64,000 nucleotides of DNA from the human T2T-CHM13v2.0 reference genome, Homo sapiens. Position 1 is the first letter of the stretch. The number at the start of each line of letters is the position of its first letter. Below, in pieces: positions 15,829 to 28,955 of this stretch. The DNA lies in assembly GCF_009914755.1 (NCBI RefSeq), contig NC_060934.1; one strand, given 5' to 3'. A program made the position numbers and the translations under genes. A model generated the notes under the pieces. That model did no database searches, was not told where the DNA came from, and saw nothing but the letters and a program-made list of their open reading frames with translations.

Positions 15829-18159
15829 CTGGGGATGGATGGGGATTCTGAAGAAACACATTTCACTTTAGTAGAAGAAAGAGCATTTTTGATGGCTGCA
15901 CCTTGCTATTGGGCAGTCTTGATGGCTAGCGAACCCCCCAGAATGGGGAGTGAGGGCCTTTACACCCTCTGCTCCTGACCTCTGCCATGCAGTGTGGTTC
16001 TGAGGGCAAACACTGCTGATATTGCTCCAGGGCCCTGCCCCTGCCAAGCCACTGAAGTTTGCTCAGGTTGTCATGAACATTGGAAAGGTTGGCCGGGGCC
16101 TGGGGCTGGCCACAGGGTAGGTGCCTGGGAGTCTGTGGGCTGAGGACTGAGGATGTTCTCCACCCTGTGACTGTCGGACTTCACCTTGCTCATTTCTCCG
16201 TTGATGTTGTGTTGGTGGTATAGAAACTGAGGTGTAAGCAATGGTGATCCCCTCCTGGGTAGCCCTCCTGGGAGCCCTGTGGATGAGGGGCAAACCCACT
16301 GGCCATCCTGCAGGGAGGAAACCCCCAGAGAGGTGGAAAGAACTGTGCCCTGGGAGGCAGCAGCTGAGTGGGAATGGAGTTGGGGCTTGGCCCCTCTGAC
16401 TGCATGCACTGGGAGGGAGGTCTCCTGTCTGAGCTGTATGGAGCAGGAAGGGGTTGGACAGGCTGGCTGCTGCTGACCTTTGCCATCCTCGGGCTTGATG
16501 CTGCCATGCAGTCCTGCATCCCATGGCACTGCCAATTACTGCAAGAGCTGGTCATGGTTAGCCCTTTACAGGTGACCCCACTGAGGACCAGAGAGCTTGA
16601 GAAACTATCCCACATTTGTCCAGCAGTCAGCAGGGGAGCTGGGATGAAAAACCAGGTTTCTGGCTCTTAGTTTTACCTATTCCATTCTGGCTGTCTCTTT
16701 GCATATACTGCCATCCAGGGATGGAAACTGGGACAGAAAAGTGCCCTCTCTGCATTTACAATCCCTTACTGTATATTCGGAGAACTTCTTTTAGGCTCGG
16801 CCTGGGTTCTTTATTTTAAATCTCACCCCTCCTCATTCCTGACCTTGGCAATCAGAGCTGGCACTGGTTTCCTGACCCAGCTTGAGGGAAAATCTGGGGA
16901 TGCCCTGTTTGGTCTTTGGGATTACTCCCAGGAACTAGAATTTCTGGAGCTAAGAGGGAGAGAGTGTGCCAGTCCAAACCCCTGTTCTTGGCTTCCAGGA
17001 TTAGTAGGAAGACAGGAAATGCTGGTGAAGATTTGGAATCTGTTGAGAGGGGACAGTTAAGATGGGGTTCTTGGGATCTTGGCAGTGTGGACCCAGGCAC
17101 TAAAAATTCGTGTTTAGCAAGGAATTGCTGAAGAAACCAGGAGTGGAGAAAATAATAACACCCACTACGTAGTAGTGTTGTGAGGATTAAATGTATCAAC
17201 ATTTTTAAAGTGTTTAGAACATGGTGTCATGCAATAAATGCTTTGGTTTGTTATATGGAATAGACAAACATGGTGGCACATCAGGAACCGAGGCACGTGC
17301 AAGGTGGTTCATCTCTTTATGGCATACTAAGTTATGTCACTGCTATCACTCAGAAATAAAGAAAAAGACCTGTGCACAAAAGAAAGATGACACTGATTTA
17401 GCCTTCCAAAAAAAAAGTGCAAGTCTGAATTTTCTTCTATTATGAGTATGATACCCATCTTGAAATATTTTTTAAAAGTCATTAGGGGTAACGCAGGGGC
17501 CATTTGGAAGCTTGGTTAGCATGTCACAATCCATCATGGCAAGCGAGATTGCTAATTTTCTTCTCTTGGGCAGAATTTGGAATGGAAATTTTCTACCAAC
17601 TCTGACCTCAAATGCAAAACTTTCTAAAGGAGAAAAAGAAGTAGGTCAGTTGACCCACTTTCCTCTTAAGTTCTTGCTTTAGCGGTTCCAACTGAAAAAT
17701 AAAGGAATATTTTCCTTCATGTTTTTTTCAGGTGTGCACTGGCTATCTAGTCTCCAAAAGAGACTACAAAGAAGAATGAGACTATTTTTGCTGTAGGAAA
17801 GCGTAGGTTGTAATGGTGTTCCTGAAATTTTAACCCTTTTCTATCAGCTATCTGTAGTTCTGGTGTCCACTTTGCTTCCAAGCCTCGCATCCTGTATGGG
17901 GCTGTCTGTCTGGTGCACGAAGGTACCTTTTGGATCAGTGGCATCCCTGGGCAGAGGACATCTGACTTTTTACTTCTTGTCAGATGTACATTGGCTGGTA
18001 TCTATGGGATGTGGTGGTTGGCCTCACCTGTGGGATTGTATTGGCTTTTTGTGTTTTAACTAATAATTTGGGAACAGTTACTTTGTGCTGGCATTGTGTC
18101 CAGTAAACCTTGAACATCCAGTATTTCACTTACTTCCCAAACAACTCTCTGGACTGGGT

Positions 18160-18420
18160 AATAATGGTAGCCATTACGTACATAGTGCTTACAGTATGCT
18201 GGACCCTCTTCTAAACATTTCTCATATGTTCATTGATTTAGTCCTATGTGACATCACCATGCACTTGCTGCTAGCATTAGCCCCATTTCACAAATGAGGA
18301 AGCTGAGGCACAGAGAGGTGAAGTCAGTTGCCCATGGTTATGTTTTTAGTAAGTGGGGGAGGTGGGATTCAAACCCAGGTGATCTGGGTTCAGAATCCAT
18401 GCTCTTACCTGTGATGCAGT
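18160..18420 (-). mobile_element. MIR SINE
   Basis: CCCCATTTCACAAATGAGGAAGCTGAGGCACAGAGAGGTGAAGTCAGTTGCCC...GGATTCAAACCCAGG MIR core. Confidence 0.8.
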
Positions 18421-21400
18421 GCAGCCTTGCTGCCATCTCACAGCTGAGGGGAAGGTTCAGTAGCTGCTCCAGGGCACACGGTGCTCTGGGGAATCAGTTC
18501 CTTTCTAGGCCAGGTGGTCTCCTTGAGGGTGGAGAGGTGGCCATTTTCTTTAGGAGGTGCCCAGCCATCTCTGGGCTGTGGAGCCAACACTGCCCTGCCT
18601 TACTGCTAACCAGGAAAGTGTCTGCTCCTCCTGAGGCCGGTGCCACCCTCCTATAGAATTCCTGAAGAATGCCATCTGGGTTCCCATATAGTCTGCAAAG
18701 TCCTTAATGCAATTAGGGTAAAACAGGGAATTGTGTGTTTCAGATTGTTGAGTTACCTAGACAGGGGCAAGAGAAGACAGACTCCCTGAGTAAAGGCATG
18801 TAAATAATTCATTTGTTGATTATTACTGTCAAGTTTGTGTTGAGTGCTAAGTACAGGGTGTGTGGTGATGAACAAAACTGGTGCCTTCCCTACCCTCATG
18901 GAACTTACATTCACTTGTGAGAAACAACAACAAAAAATTCAAACTGATGTAACCTAAAAGAGAATTTTCAGCTCATAAGACTGAAAAACCCACAGATAGG
19001 TCTAGCTTCAGGCTTTGCTTGATCCAGGGAGCTTAGGCTTTTCAGCAACCAGACTCTCTCCATCTCTCAGCTCTGTTGTTTTCTATGTTGTTTTCATTAC
19101 CAAGCAATGCATCAGCCTGAGGTTGCATGCCTGCATTCTCCCAGGCTCAAATCCAGCAGAAGAAAGGGCCTGCTTGTCTCTCAACAGCCCCAGTATTAGT
19201 CCCAATAGTCTGCTTTGTTGGGTCTGGGTTGGTCATATGTTCACTTCTGGACCAGTCACTGTGGTCAGGCAGGTGATCTGCCTTGATTAGCTAGCCCTGG
19301 GTCATATGATCATGCCTAGAGTAGGTGGGTGGAGAACACCCTATTGGAACTGCACAGACTGAGAGTACGTGGCGTCCCAAAAGGTCACAGTTCCCTTGCC
19401 AGAAGATAGCCACTGAATGATACTGGGCAGGCAAGACCAATCTGTGTTCACCACAGAGGGAAAAATAACCTGGCTTCTGCTCTAGCGAAGCTGTCAGTCT
19501 AGTCAGTGAGACTGATATTAAACAATCATGCCATAAATGTATACATCCAATGGAGGTCAGTATTATACAGGATCTTGCCATAGCCAGTTTCAGAAGTCAT
19601 TTTACTGGGTGATACCACTCTCTCATGAACAGCAGCATTGGTGATTAGAACCTGGCAGGTCAGCTTGGAGCAGACATTCATAGGCATGGATATTGCCTCT
19701 TGTGCATAAATATATCTGGGACCAAGAAACTCGTCCAGTGAAACCCTTGTCTGAGCAGTTAGCCATGGTTAAATTTCATTTGGCGTTATAAAAAAAAGAA
19801 GGCCTTTGAGCTCATTCATCACAATCTCTGTGGCTTTAGGATGCTTTGAGATACTGTTGAGAATGAAGAGCTTAATAATTCCAGCCTCCTTAATGATACT
19901 GTCTGGAAAGTATGGCGGTCAGAAAGGAAAGTCACAAAAATGAATGAGAAATAGCTAAGTGGTAATGGAGGTGTTGTCAGCCGTTGAGGCGTAGCTGCGG
20001 TGAAAGCTTTAAGAAATATGCACGTCAGATAAATTGAGGTCCATAAAAAGTGAAACGTCGTGGCTGGCCTGCCTGCGTTTCTTTCTTTTGAGGGTGAAGT
20101 CCTAACCGAGAAATAAAAAGAGCTCATTTGGTTACTCAGGTTCAATTCTGAGCTAATAATTTCAGGGAACGGAATGGAGGTGGAGGGGCTGGGAACAGAA
20201 TTCTGGGTTGGCTTTGAGGATTTGCTAACATACGGATTTATGGCTCTGTTATTGCAGAGTGTCTTCTGAAAGTATACTTACAATGCCTTTCCTTTCCCGG
20301 GGTGCAGCTGATTAGTGCCCATGGAGTAAATATTGTAATAGTGAACATGAAGTTGTTGGTGCTATCTGAGAACATCTGTATGGAATTCAGGGAGACGAAT
20401 AGGGGAGGTGTCAGGAAGGATGCACCGGGATTTGTGCTCAGGGTGTAGTAACAGAGGAGTTAGGCACTGTTGGCCGCACTGAGGTGGGGCCAGCGGGGCT
20501 GCAGTGGCCTGCCTGTGATAGTCAGTGCTGGCACAGGAAGGGTGAAAGCAAGCCTGGACTTGTTTGTCAGGCCAGTGTTCCTCAGCTCTTCTGCATTCCC
20601 TGCCTTCTCATCTTTACTCACTGCAGCCTGTAACCATGGGAGAGAGGGTAGCTACCCTGAAGGATCTCTGTCCCTGTGTCACAGCCCTGTCCTGTTCTAC
20701 AGAGGCCCAACCGGGAGTGCTATGGTCAGTATGGCAGCCTCAGGTGCTTGGGCCCAGAGAAGCTCTGGACACCTGCAGATGGGCCCAAATGTGTCTCTCC
20801 TGAAGTCTCCATCAAGGCCCCCAATCTAAATGCTGGGCTTCTGCCTCAGTTCCCTTAATTATAACTCTGTTCACTTCTGCCACTGACCCTTGGACTTTGT
20901 GGCTTAGGCCAAGGCCTGGCTGCAGCAGCCACTGTGGTCCTATCATCCATTGTCCTCCTGGGATTGTTTCACTTAATATGGCCAATAACTATGGGTGATA
21001 CTAATGTAATTCCATCTGACCACTTAAGAGAGATTTACTTGTTCAAGATCAGGCCATAGTGGCAGAGAGATGATTGGAAATTGCTTTGTTTGGCTTTAGC
21101 ACCAGCTTTCAACAGGATAGTATATTTAATCTCTTTGTCCTTGGGGATGGATCTACCCAAACTGAAAAGACTCTGTCCTGGAGTCTGGGCACACTTCCGT
21201 TTTGCAGATGTTTGCAGCCACTCCTTACCCTCCACATCAGGCTTCTTTGGGCATTGCTTCTTGAACTGTGGTCAGCCTTAAAATTGGTTAGGACTTGGAA
21301 ATGATATCTTGGCTCATCCAAAACAGCAGTCTGCTGAGAGACTTCAGTAGGCTTTGTGGCAGGAACAGGTTATACAAATCCACACCTTGCCCACACGTTC

Positions 21401-21424
21401 TCCAGGTCATTGTGCATGGAAGGC

Positions 21425-21824
21425 TGATATGGTTGGGCTCTGTGTTCCCACCCAAATCTCATGTTGAATTGTAATTCCCAATGTTGGGAGAGGGACCTGG
21501 TGGAAGGTGATTGGATCATGGGGGGCGGTTCCCCCCCTTGCTGTTCTCATGGTAATGAGTGAATTCTCATGAGATCTGGTTGTTTAAAAGTGTGTGGTAC
21601 CTTCCTTTTCACTCTCTCCTGCCCACCTGTGAAGATGTGCTCGCTTCCCCTTCACCCTTCCGCCATGATTATAAGTTTCTTGAGGCCTCCCAGCCATGAA
21701 GGTCATGGAAAATGGCCATGCTTCCTGTACAGCCTGTGGAATTGTGAGTCAATTAAACCTCTTTTCTTCACAAATTACCCATTCTCAGGTAGTCTTTATA
21801 GTAGTGCGAGAACAGAGCAATACA
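21425..21824 (+). mobile_element. MSTA/THE1-family MaLR solo LTR
   Basis: TGATATGG...AATACA termini with perfect 5-bp TSD AAGGC and internal GAGTCAATTAAACCTCTTTTC. Confidence 0.9.
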
Positions 21825-21939
21825 AAGGCTCTGGATGTAGAATCTGGATGTGGGTTGTACCTGGGGAGGACAGGTTGCTTACTGTCTAATAAGAGTACAA
21901 GCCTTGTGAATATGACTGACTTAAAAGAATGCTGCATCC

Positions 21940-22140
21940 CTATCCCAGCTCTGCCATTTATTAGCTACAAGACCTTGGCAAGTAACTCAGTCTCTCTTAG
22001 CCTGATTTTCCACTCTACAAAAATGGGGAGAATAAAAGTATCTACCTCAAAGAATTGCCACAAGGATTGAATGAGCTAGGGCTTATCAAGCTCTCAGCAC
22101 AGTGGTTAACATAATGCCAGGATTCCATAAATGCTAGTTA
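21940..22140 (+). mobile_element. MIR SINE fragment
   Basis: ATCCCAGCTCTGCCATTTATTAGCT...CCTTGGCAAGTAACTCAGTCTCTCTTAGCCTGATTTTCCACTCTACAAAAATGGGGAGAATAA. Confidence 0.75.
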
Positions 22141-22425
22141 TGGGATTGTAATTCTAATTATTCAGTGATTTATTCAACACTCTTTATTGAGGGCCTAAGT
22201 TCCAGACACTGTTCTAGACATGAAAATATAGTAGGGGAAAAACCCACAGAATTCTTGTTCTCATAGATCTTATGTTTGCAAAATTTTGATAATTTTTAAA
22301 TAAACTCTTATGGAAACTATGTTTCTTGCATAAATTATACCATACACTACAGTTTTCTTGTTCTATAACTTTTCTTTTTATTCAGTTGTCAACGTTTTTA
22401 AGAGATTAATGGTCTATGTCCATGT

Positions 22426-22613
22426 AAGTGGTTCTCAACAGGGTGACTGTGCCACCAGGGGACATTTGACAATATCTGAAGACACATTTGATTATCATAA
22501 CTGGGAGATGCTTTTGGCATCTAGCAGGTAAAGGCCAGAGATGCTGCTAAACATCCTGCAGTGCACAAGGCAGCCCCGCCGGACAGGCAAAATGTCAGCA
22601 GTGTTGAGAAACT
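22426..22613. mobile_element. MER20 (hAT-Charlie DNA transposon fossil)
   Basis: GTGGTTCTCAAC...GGGGACATTTGACAATATCTG...GGCCAGAGATGCTGCTAAACATCCTGCAGTGCAC...GTTGAGAAACT. Confidence 0.85.
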
Positions 22614-23151
22614 ACGTCTATATTTTTATCTACATCTCCTTCAGACTTAAATTTTTTCTAGGAGGAAGTGCAACAGATGGAGCTTCTTATTTACTTGTTT
22701 TTATAAGTGATCTCATCTTACTTTGGTCCTACATTTCCTGTTGATGACTAAAAATAAATAACTTAAAATTTCCCATTAAAGATAATCCTATCTCTGGTGT
22801 AAGAGTCTCAGTTTAACTGTGATTTTCTAGCAAATATTCAGTCATTTTAAGCTCAGAGTTCTGCTTCTCCTTGCTTGATGGGTCTCTCCAATGTCATTTG
22901 CCTTCGTCAAATGTCGTCTGGGTATAGGGAGAGCTCACAGCCTTGGGAGGATGCCAAAGAAAGGCCCTGGTCAGTGGCTCATCTATGGGCCTTGTCCTGT
23001 TTTAGCACATCTACTGCTGATGGTCCACAGCTGGTGGAAGGCTGGTCTGATTTCCAGCACAGCAGGGGTCTGAGGGTCCCCTTCCCTGCAGTGATCATCC
23101 CCTAAACATGACCTGGCCCTACCTTGACTCTTTCTGGGGTCTCTTTGCTAT

Positions 23152-23322
23152 ATAGCTGGGATTACAGGTGTGCACCACCACGCCTGGCTAATTTTTGTAT
23201 TTTTAGTAGAGATGGGGTTTCACCATGTTGCTCAGGCTGGTCTCAATCTCCTGACCTCATGATCCTCCCACCTCAGCCTCCCAAAGTGCTGGGATTACAG
23301 GTGTGAGCCACCACGCCCAGCT
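23152..23322 (-). mobile_element. Partial Alu (5' half only; 3' arm and tail missing)
   Basis: Starts abruptly at TAGCTGGGATTACAGG and runs to the Alu 5' end. Confidence 0.85.
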
Positions 23323-24159
23323 GAATTTTGCCTTTTTTCTTGTGGCCACTTGGGGAGCTGGACCATTTTTAATTATTTCTACCTTTTAAGAAGTCCTAAG
23401 TGCTGAGAGTTGAGTTCATCAGCCATCCCTCCCCTGCCCACCCCCATGGCTTATTATCATCAGAAGACACAGGCTATTTCTTATTAATTTACTTATTCTC
23501 CTTCATTTTCATTCCCTTTCCTCTCCAATAAGCAGCCATTCTGATAGGCTTCACATGTATCTGTTGAAAGGGTTCTTATGTATACATTGTGTATATATCA
23601 CCTTATAGGGAAGTTGTTCTGCTCCTTACTTTTTCACATGATGATGTTATATGTGATTTGACCTCGATGATTTTCTGTGGCTAAGTTTTACATGAAATTA
23701 GTTTTCCTGAATTTTTGCAGTTAAACGAGGGCCAGGAAAGTATTTCTAACTCCACGGAGCTGCTGCTTGTGTAGTTTTTGTGTAGTGTTCCCAAACAGGG
23801 CAGCTTGCTTTCTGAAGTCTCCAGGCTCTGTCCCTTCCCCATGGGTCTATACTTTCTCTTTCTTTCCTCTATTTGCCTGTATTTTGCTCAATTTTGATTT
23901 CACTCACAGTGGTGGCAGGTGGCCCTGGAGGGTCTCATGGTGGGCTCCTTGCACTCACCCAGGGTTGGGGAGGGCAGAACTCTCCCTATTTTCAGCTGCC
24001 ACTCTCAGTTGGTCTCCTGCTTTCCAGTGAATTCTGTTGACTGCTCTTGGATCCATTAGCCACCCTTGTTGTTTATTTCTTCTTTCTCCTGTATAGACAT
24101 TGGTATCATGAAGGTCTTGTGTTAGTGGTTTATTCCTACCACCATTTGTATTTGGGGTT

Positions 24160-24834
24160 TTCTCGGCCCATTTGAGCTGTTATAGCAGAATACCTGAGAC
24201 TGGATAATTTTGTTTGTTTTGTTTATTTATTTATTGAGATGGAGTCTCACTCTGTCACCCAGGTTGGAGTGCAGTGGCGTGATCTCAGCTCACTGCAACC
24301 TCCTCTCCCGGGTTCAAGCGATTCTCCTGCTTCAGCCTCCCGAGTAGCTGGGATTACAGGCGTGTGCCACCACACCTGGCTAATTTTTGTATTTTTAGTA
24401 GAGACGGCGTTTTGCCATGTTGGCCAGGATTGTCTCGAACTCCTGACTTCCGGCAATCCGCCTGCCTCGGCCTCCCAGAGTGCTGGGATTACAGGCGTGA
24501 GCCGCCGTGCCTGGCCGAAACTGGATAATTGATAAAGAACAGAAATTTATTGCCTTACAGTTCTGGAGGCTGGGAAGTCGAAGATCAAGGCATAGGCAGG
24601 TTTGGTGTCTGTGAGGGCTCAGTCCTCGCTTTGAAGATGGCACCTTGAATGCTGTGTTCCCTCACAGCATAAAGGTAGAAGAGAATGAACCTGCTGCTTC
24701 ATAAGGAGCCTAATTCCATCCATGAGCCCTCCATCCTCACTACTTAATTATCTCCTAAAGACCCCTTCTGTTAATACCATTATGTTGGTGACTAAATGTC
24801 AACATATGAATTTTTATGGGCACAGACCATAGCA
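24160..24834 (-). mobile_element. MLT1A-like MaLR LTR interrupted by an Alu
   Basis: GCTGTTATAGCAGAATACCTGAGACTGGATAATT [Alu] ...AGAAATTTATTGCCTTACAGTTCTGGAGGCTGGGAAGTC...CAGACCATAGCA. Confidence 0.8.
24210..24516 (-). mobile_element. AluS nested in the MLT1A-like LTR
   Basis: Full dimer with TSD ACTGGATAATT on both sides. Confidence 0.92.
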
Positions 24835-25877
24835 AGGCTCGTGGGGATATCTCATGACCTAATTTGTTATAAACCTAGTCTATGGACTTCTGGTTTTGTT
24901 CTTTAGTTGCACTGCCTGTTCTTATTTGGAGATTTGGAGAGATTTTAAAATGATGTTGCTGCCCCTGTAGCCATCTTCCCAGAATCTACTCCCCTTACCC
25001 CATACTTACCTATATTTACATGAATCGTGAGGTGCTTTAAATATCATTTGTGTTTACTTAGCTCACTGAGCATCATGCCATTAGATGCATGCTGTGTGTG
25101 GCTCTGTTGTATTATTTCCAACTGCTGTACAGTACTCCACTGGGTGTATCCGCCTAATTTCACTGATCTACTCCCCAAGTCATGGAAACCCAGATTGTCT
25201 ACAATTAATCATTTAGTTCCTTGCATTGGATCCTTATGGACCTGTGCAGTGTCTTTCAGCAGTGGAGTTGTTGGGCTGGAGGGTGCATGTGTACTTTATT
25301 TAACGACGGGGGCTGATGGCTCTCGGAAGGCTGATCTAGTTTCCACTCCCCCAGCCGTATATGAGGGTTGCTCTACCTGTGCGCTCCAAATCCCACTCTA
25401 GAATGTGGCAGAACTCCTGGATCCCCTCCATTCCTCACTGGAACTTGGTGAGGCTGGGAATCACCATCTTTAGACTTCTCTCTCTACACATACCATTTCT
25501 GCTTAGCTGTGGCTACATTATGCAGGTGCAGGGTAATTGCTAGACTCTCCAACAGAAACTAGGGTATAGGACATTCTGCTTTCAGCTACCTTCTCAGACC
25601 TTCTGGGGTGTGGGTTGCAGAAGAGGGATTAAGGACAGCTCCTCCAGTTCTTCTCTGCCTCTTCCCAGCTCTAGCCTAGAAAACGCTCTTTCCTTCTCTT
25701 TCCTGTCTGGCAGGGACCTTCATAGGACCTATCCTATAATCCCCTCTAGAATAGGTTTATAAAACTCTATGTTCAGACCTCTAAGTATTGCTCTGAATAT
25801 AGAGGGAGTTTCTAGAATGTGAGAGTCACTTTTTATATCTCTGCCATTCCTGGCTTGCAAGACTACTGACTTTCTAG

Positions 25878-26015
25878 CCCAGAGTCTCAAACCTGGCTAC
25901 ATGTTAGAATCAACTGAGAATGTTTTCAACCATACCACTGCTTGATGTAACCCAGATGAATTAACCAAACTCGCTCTAAGTGGGACCTGGGCATCAGCCA
26001 AGGCTGAGAACCATA
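25878..26015. mobile_element. MER5-like hAT fragment
   Basis: TCTCAAACCTGGCTACATGTTAGAATCAACTG...CAGCCAAGGCTGAGAACCA. Confidence 0.6.
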
Positions 26016-26601
26016 CTTCAGGGACACAGACAACCAGCATGGAAATCGAAAACTGATTAGTGACTCTGTTGTTCTAGGTGGTAACCTGCACTGCCTCCAA
26101 AGGACATTGATCAATTTTGAATGAATGCCATAGCAGTAATGTGTGAGAAGCTGCAGAACAACAATATTAAAATATTTTTAATATTAAATATTGAATACTT
26201 ACCATATATGTATATACATATGTGAAGGGCATAAAGAAAGCTTAAGTGGGAGCAGCACCAAATCCTAAAGCCCTCACCTGTGTGCTTCTCTCCATTGTAA
26301 CCTCTTTTTAACAGATATGATCCCTATGCTGAATATTTTGTCCATTATTTCTTTGCTTCATTTATTGCTATATATTAATCTCCAAATGTTTAGCATTGTG
26401 AGCTTTTCAACCTAATATAAATGTCACAGTGTATTTATTTTTCAGTTATTTGCTTTTCTCATGCTTCATTGAGAACGTTTTTTTTTCTCATTCCATTTTT
26501 CCACCTCTGTTATTTGGAGATTTTACCACTCTCAATGTCTATCTTCCAGTGGTTAATTTAGACGATTTAATATGTACACTTAGCAGATTCTAAAGTTAAT
26601 G

Positions 26602-27250
<649 letters not shown>

Positions 27251-28955
27251 ATATATCTTTACTCTCACCCTAAACAAAATTTTGAAACTCCTACTCCCTA
27301 CTGCTAAGATATTGTCTAGTATTATAGTTCCATCTTTTTCAAAACCTCAAATTATCCATTTTTATTATTGTCTTGTAAGTCAACTTTTTTAGGTTGACCT
27401 GCAGTATCTGTGCTCATCATTTGTTCCGGTATCTCTGATTTTCTATCCAGGATAATTTTTTTTTTCTTCCTGAAGTACATCCTTTAGAATTTCCTTTAGA
27501 AATCAACCAGCTCAAATTATTTTCTGAAGATTTTTTATTTTATTCTTTTCCTTGAAAGGTAGTTTCGTTAAACACAGTTATTTTTCTCTCAGCATACTTG
27601 AAACTTTTATTCCATTGTTCTCTGGCTTTTATGGTTGCAACTGAGAAGTCTGCTGTAAGGCTAATTATTTATTCTTTGTAGTGATTTGCATTTTCTGTCT
27701 GGTTGACAAAAGAAGAATGGAATATCTTTGCATAGTTTTATAGTATGTGTCTGTGATAATTGTTAACTATTCACTCTTAAAATATTGCCTCCTCTCCTCT
27801 CCTGTGGGACTCGGATTCTATATATGTTAGACTTCCCATTCCATCTGCCATGTGTCTTAACCTCCTGAGATTTAGATTAAGCTTCTCTCATGTTAGATTT
27901 ATATAAATGCCCCATGGGTGTGTCATGCCTGGTCTTCATTCTGACTTTTCACTCATCTTGTCCCTTCTCTCCCTCACACCTCATTACTACCCCTCACTGC
28001 TTACACAGAATCTATCTGGCCTTCAAGGCCCACCTCACATTCCCATTCAGTGCCTCCACAGAGCCTTCCCTGATTTCTCAACCTCTTCCTTCTTGTTTAT
28101 TTCACAGCATTTACCATCCTTTGCATGAGACAACATGGTATAGAACAGAGAGAGCACTGGACTTGGAGTCCGAGGACCTGAGTTCAGATCTGCCTCCACC
28201 ACTTAATAGATTCTCTGTGACTATTAAGCCCTGTGACTTTGGGTGAATCCCTTCTTTTCCTGACATTCAGTGTCCTCAGTTGTGAACTGGTTATAACAGG
28301 GTTGATAGGAAGACCAAAGGAGAAGGGTCACAGAGGCCCCAGATCGTGCCTAATGCTGGCTGTGACATAAGCGTCTCACAGGAGCCTGAGTGTGTCGTTT
28401 AACCTCTGTGCGTCAAAATGGAAGCCATTTCTGGGAGGGTAGGGGTCAGAGAGCCAGATATCAATGGTACACTGTGAAATGTAGCCATGAAGCAATTCTT
28501 AAGTGAGGAAGCCCTCACTGAGCTGAAATCCTTGGCTCTGAACCGTAATCCTTCAATCCATTTTCCACACTTGAACATTCTTATATCTTTCTTCTGTATA
28601 GGAAACATCAGTGGCTGTCCGCTGCCCTCAGAATTAATCCTTTCAGTGGTATGGAGAGCCCTTTGGAGCTTGACTGCTGCCTATCGTACACCTCTGGCCA
28701 TTGCCCAGCTCCCAGCTTAGCCCTCCCTCCAGCCACAAAGAGCCACTTGCTAATGACTTTTGCAATCTTCCCTCCTTGCCTTGCCCCCTCTTGTCCCTTT
28801 CTGGACTCAGTCTAAACATCACTTCCGCCGCTGGGCTCCAGAACTGGGTGGGGTGCCTCCCTTAGGTGCAGCCACAGTGCCTGAGCCAATAGCTTATGTG
28901 GCCTTTATCACCATTGCTCACAGTTAGCCTTTTATTTTTATATTACAAAATTCCC

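Noticed and set aside
19900-20160. Repeat-free, mildly CpG-enriched intronic stretch that could be a conserved enhancer
   Set aside because: Cannot be supported without conservation or chromatin data.
21693-21720. 16-nt insert flanked by GCCATG repeats inside the MST LTR
   Set aside because: A small local indel in a repeat with no evident significance.
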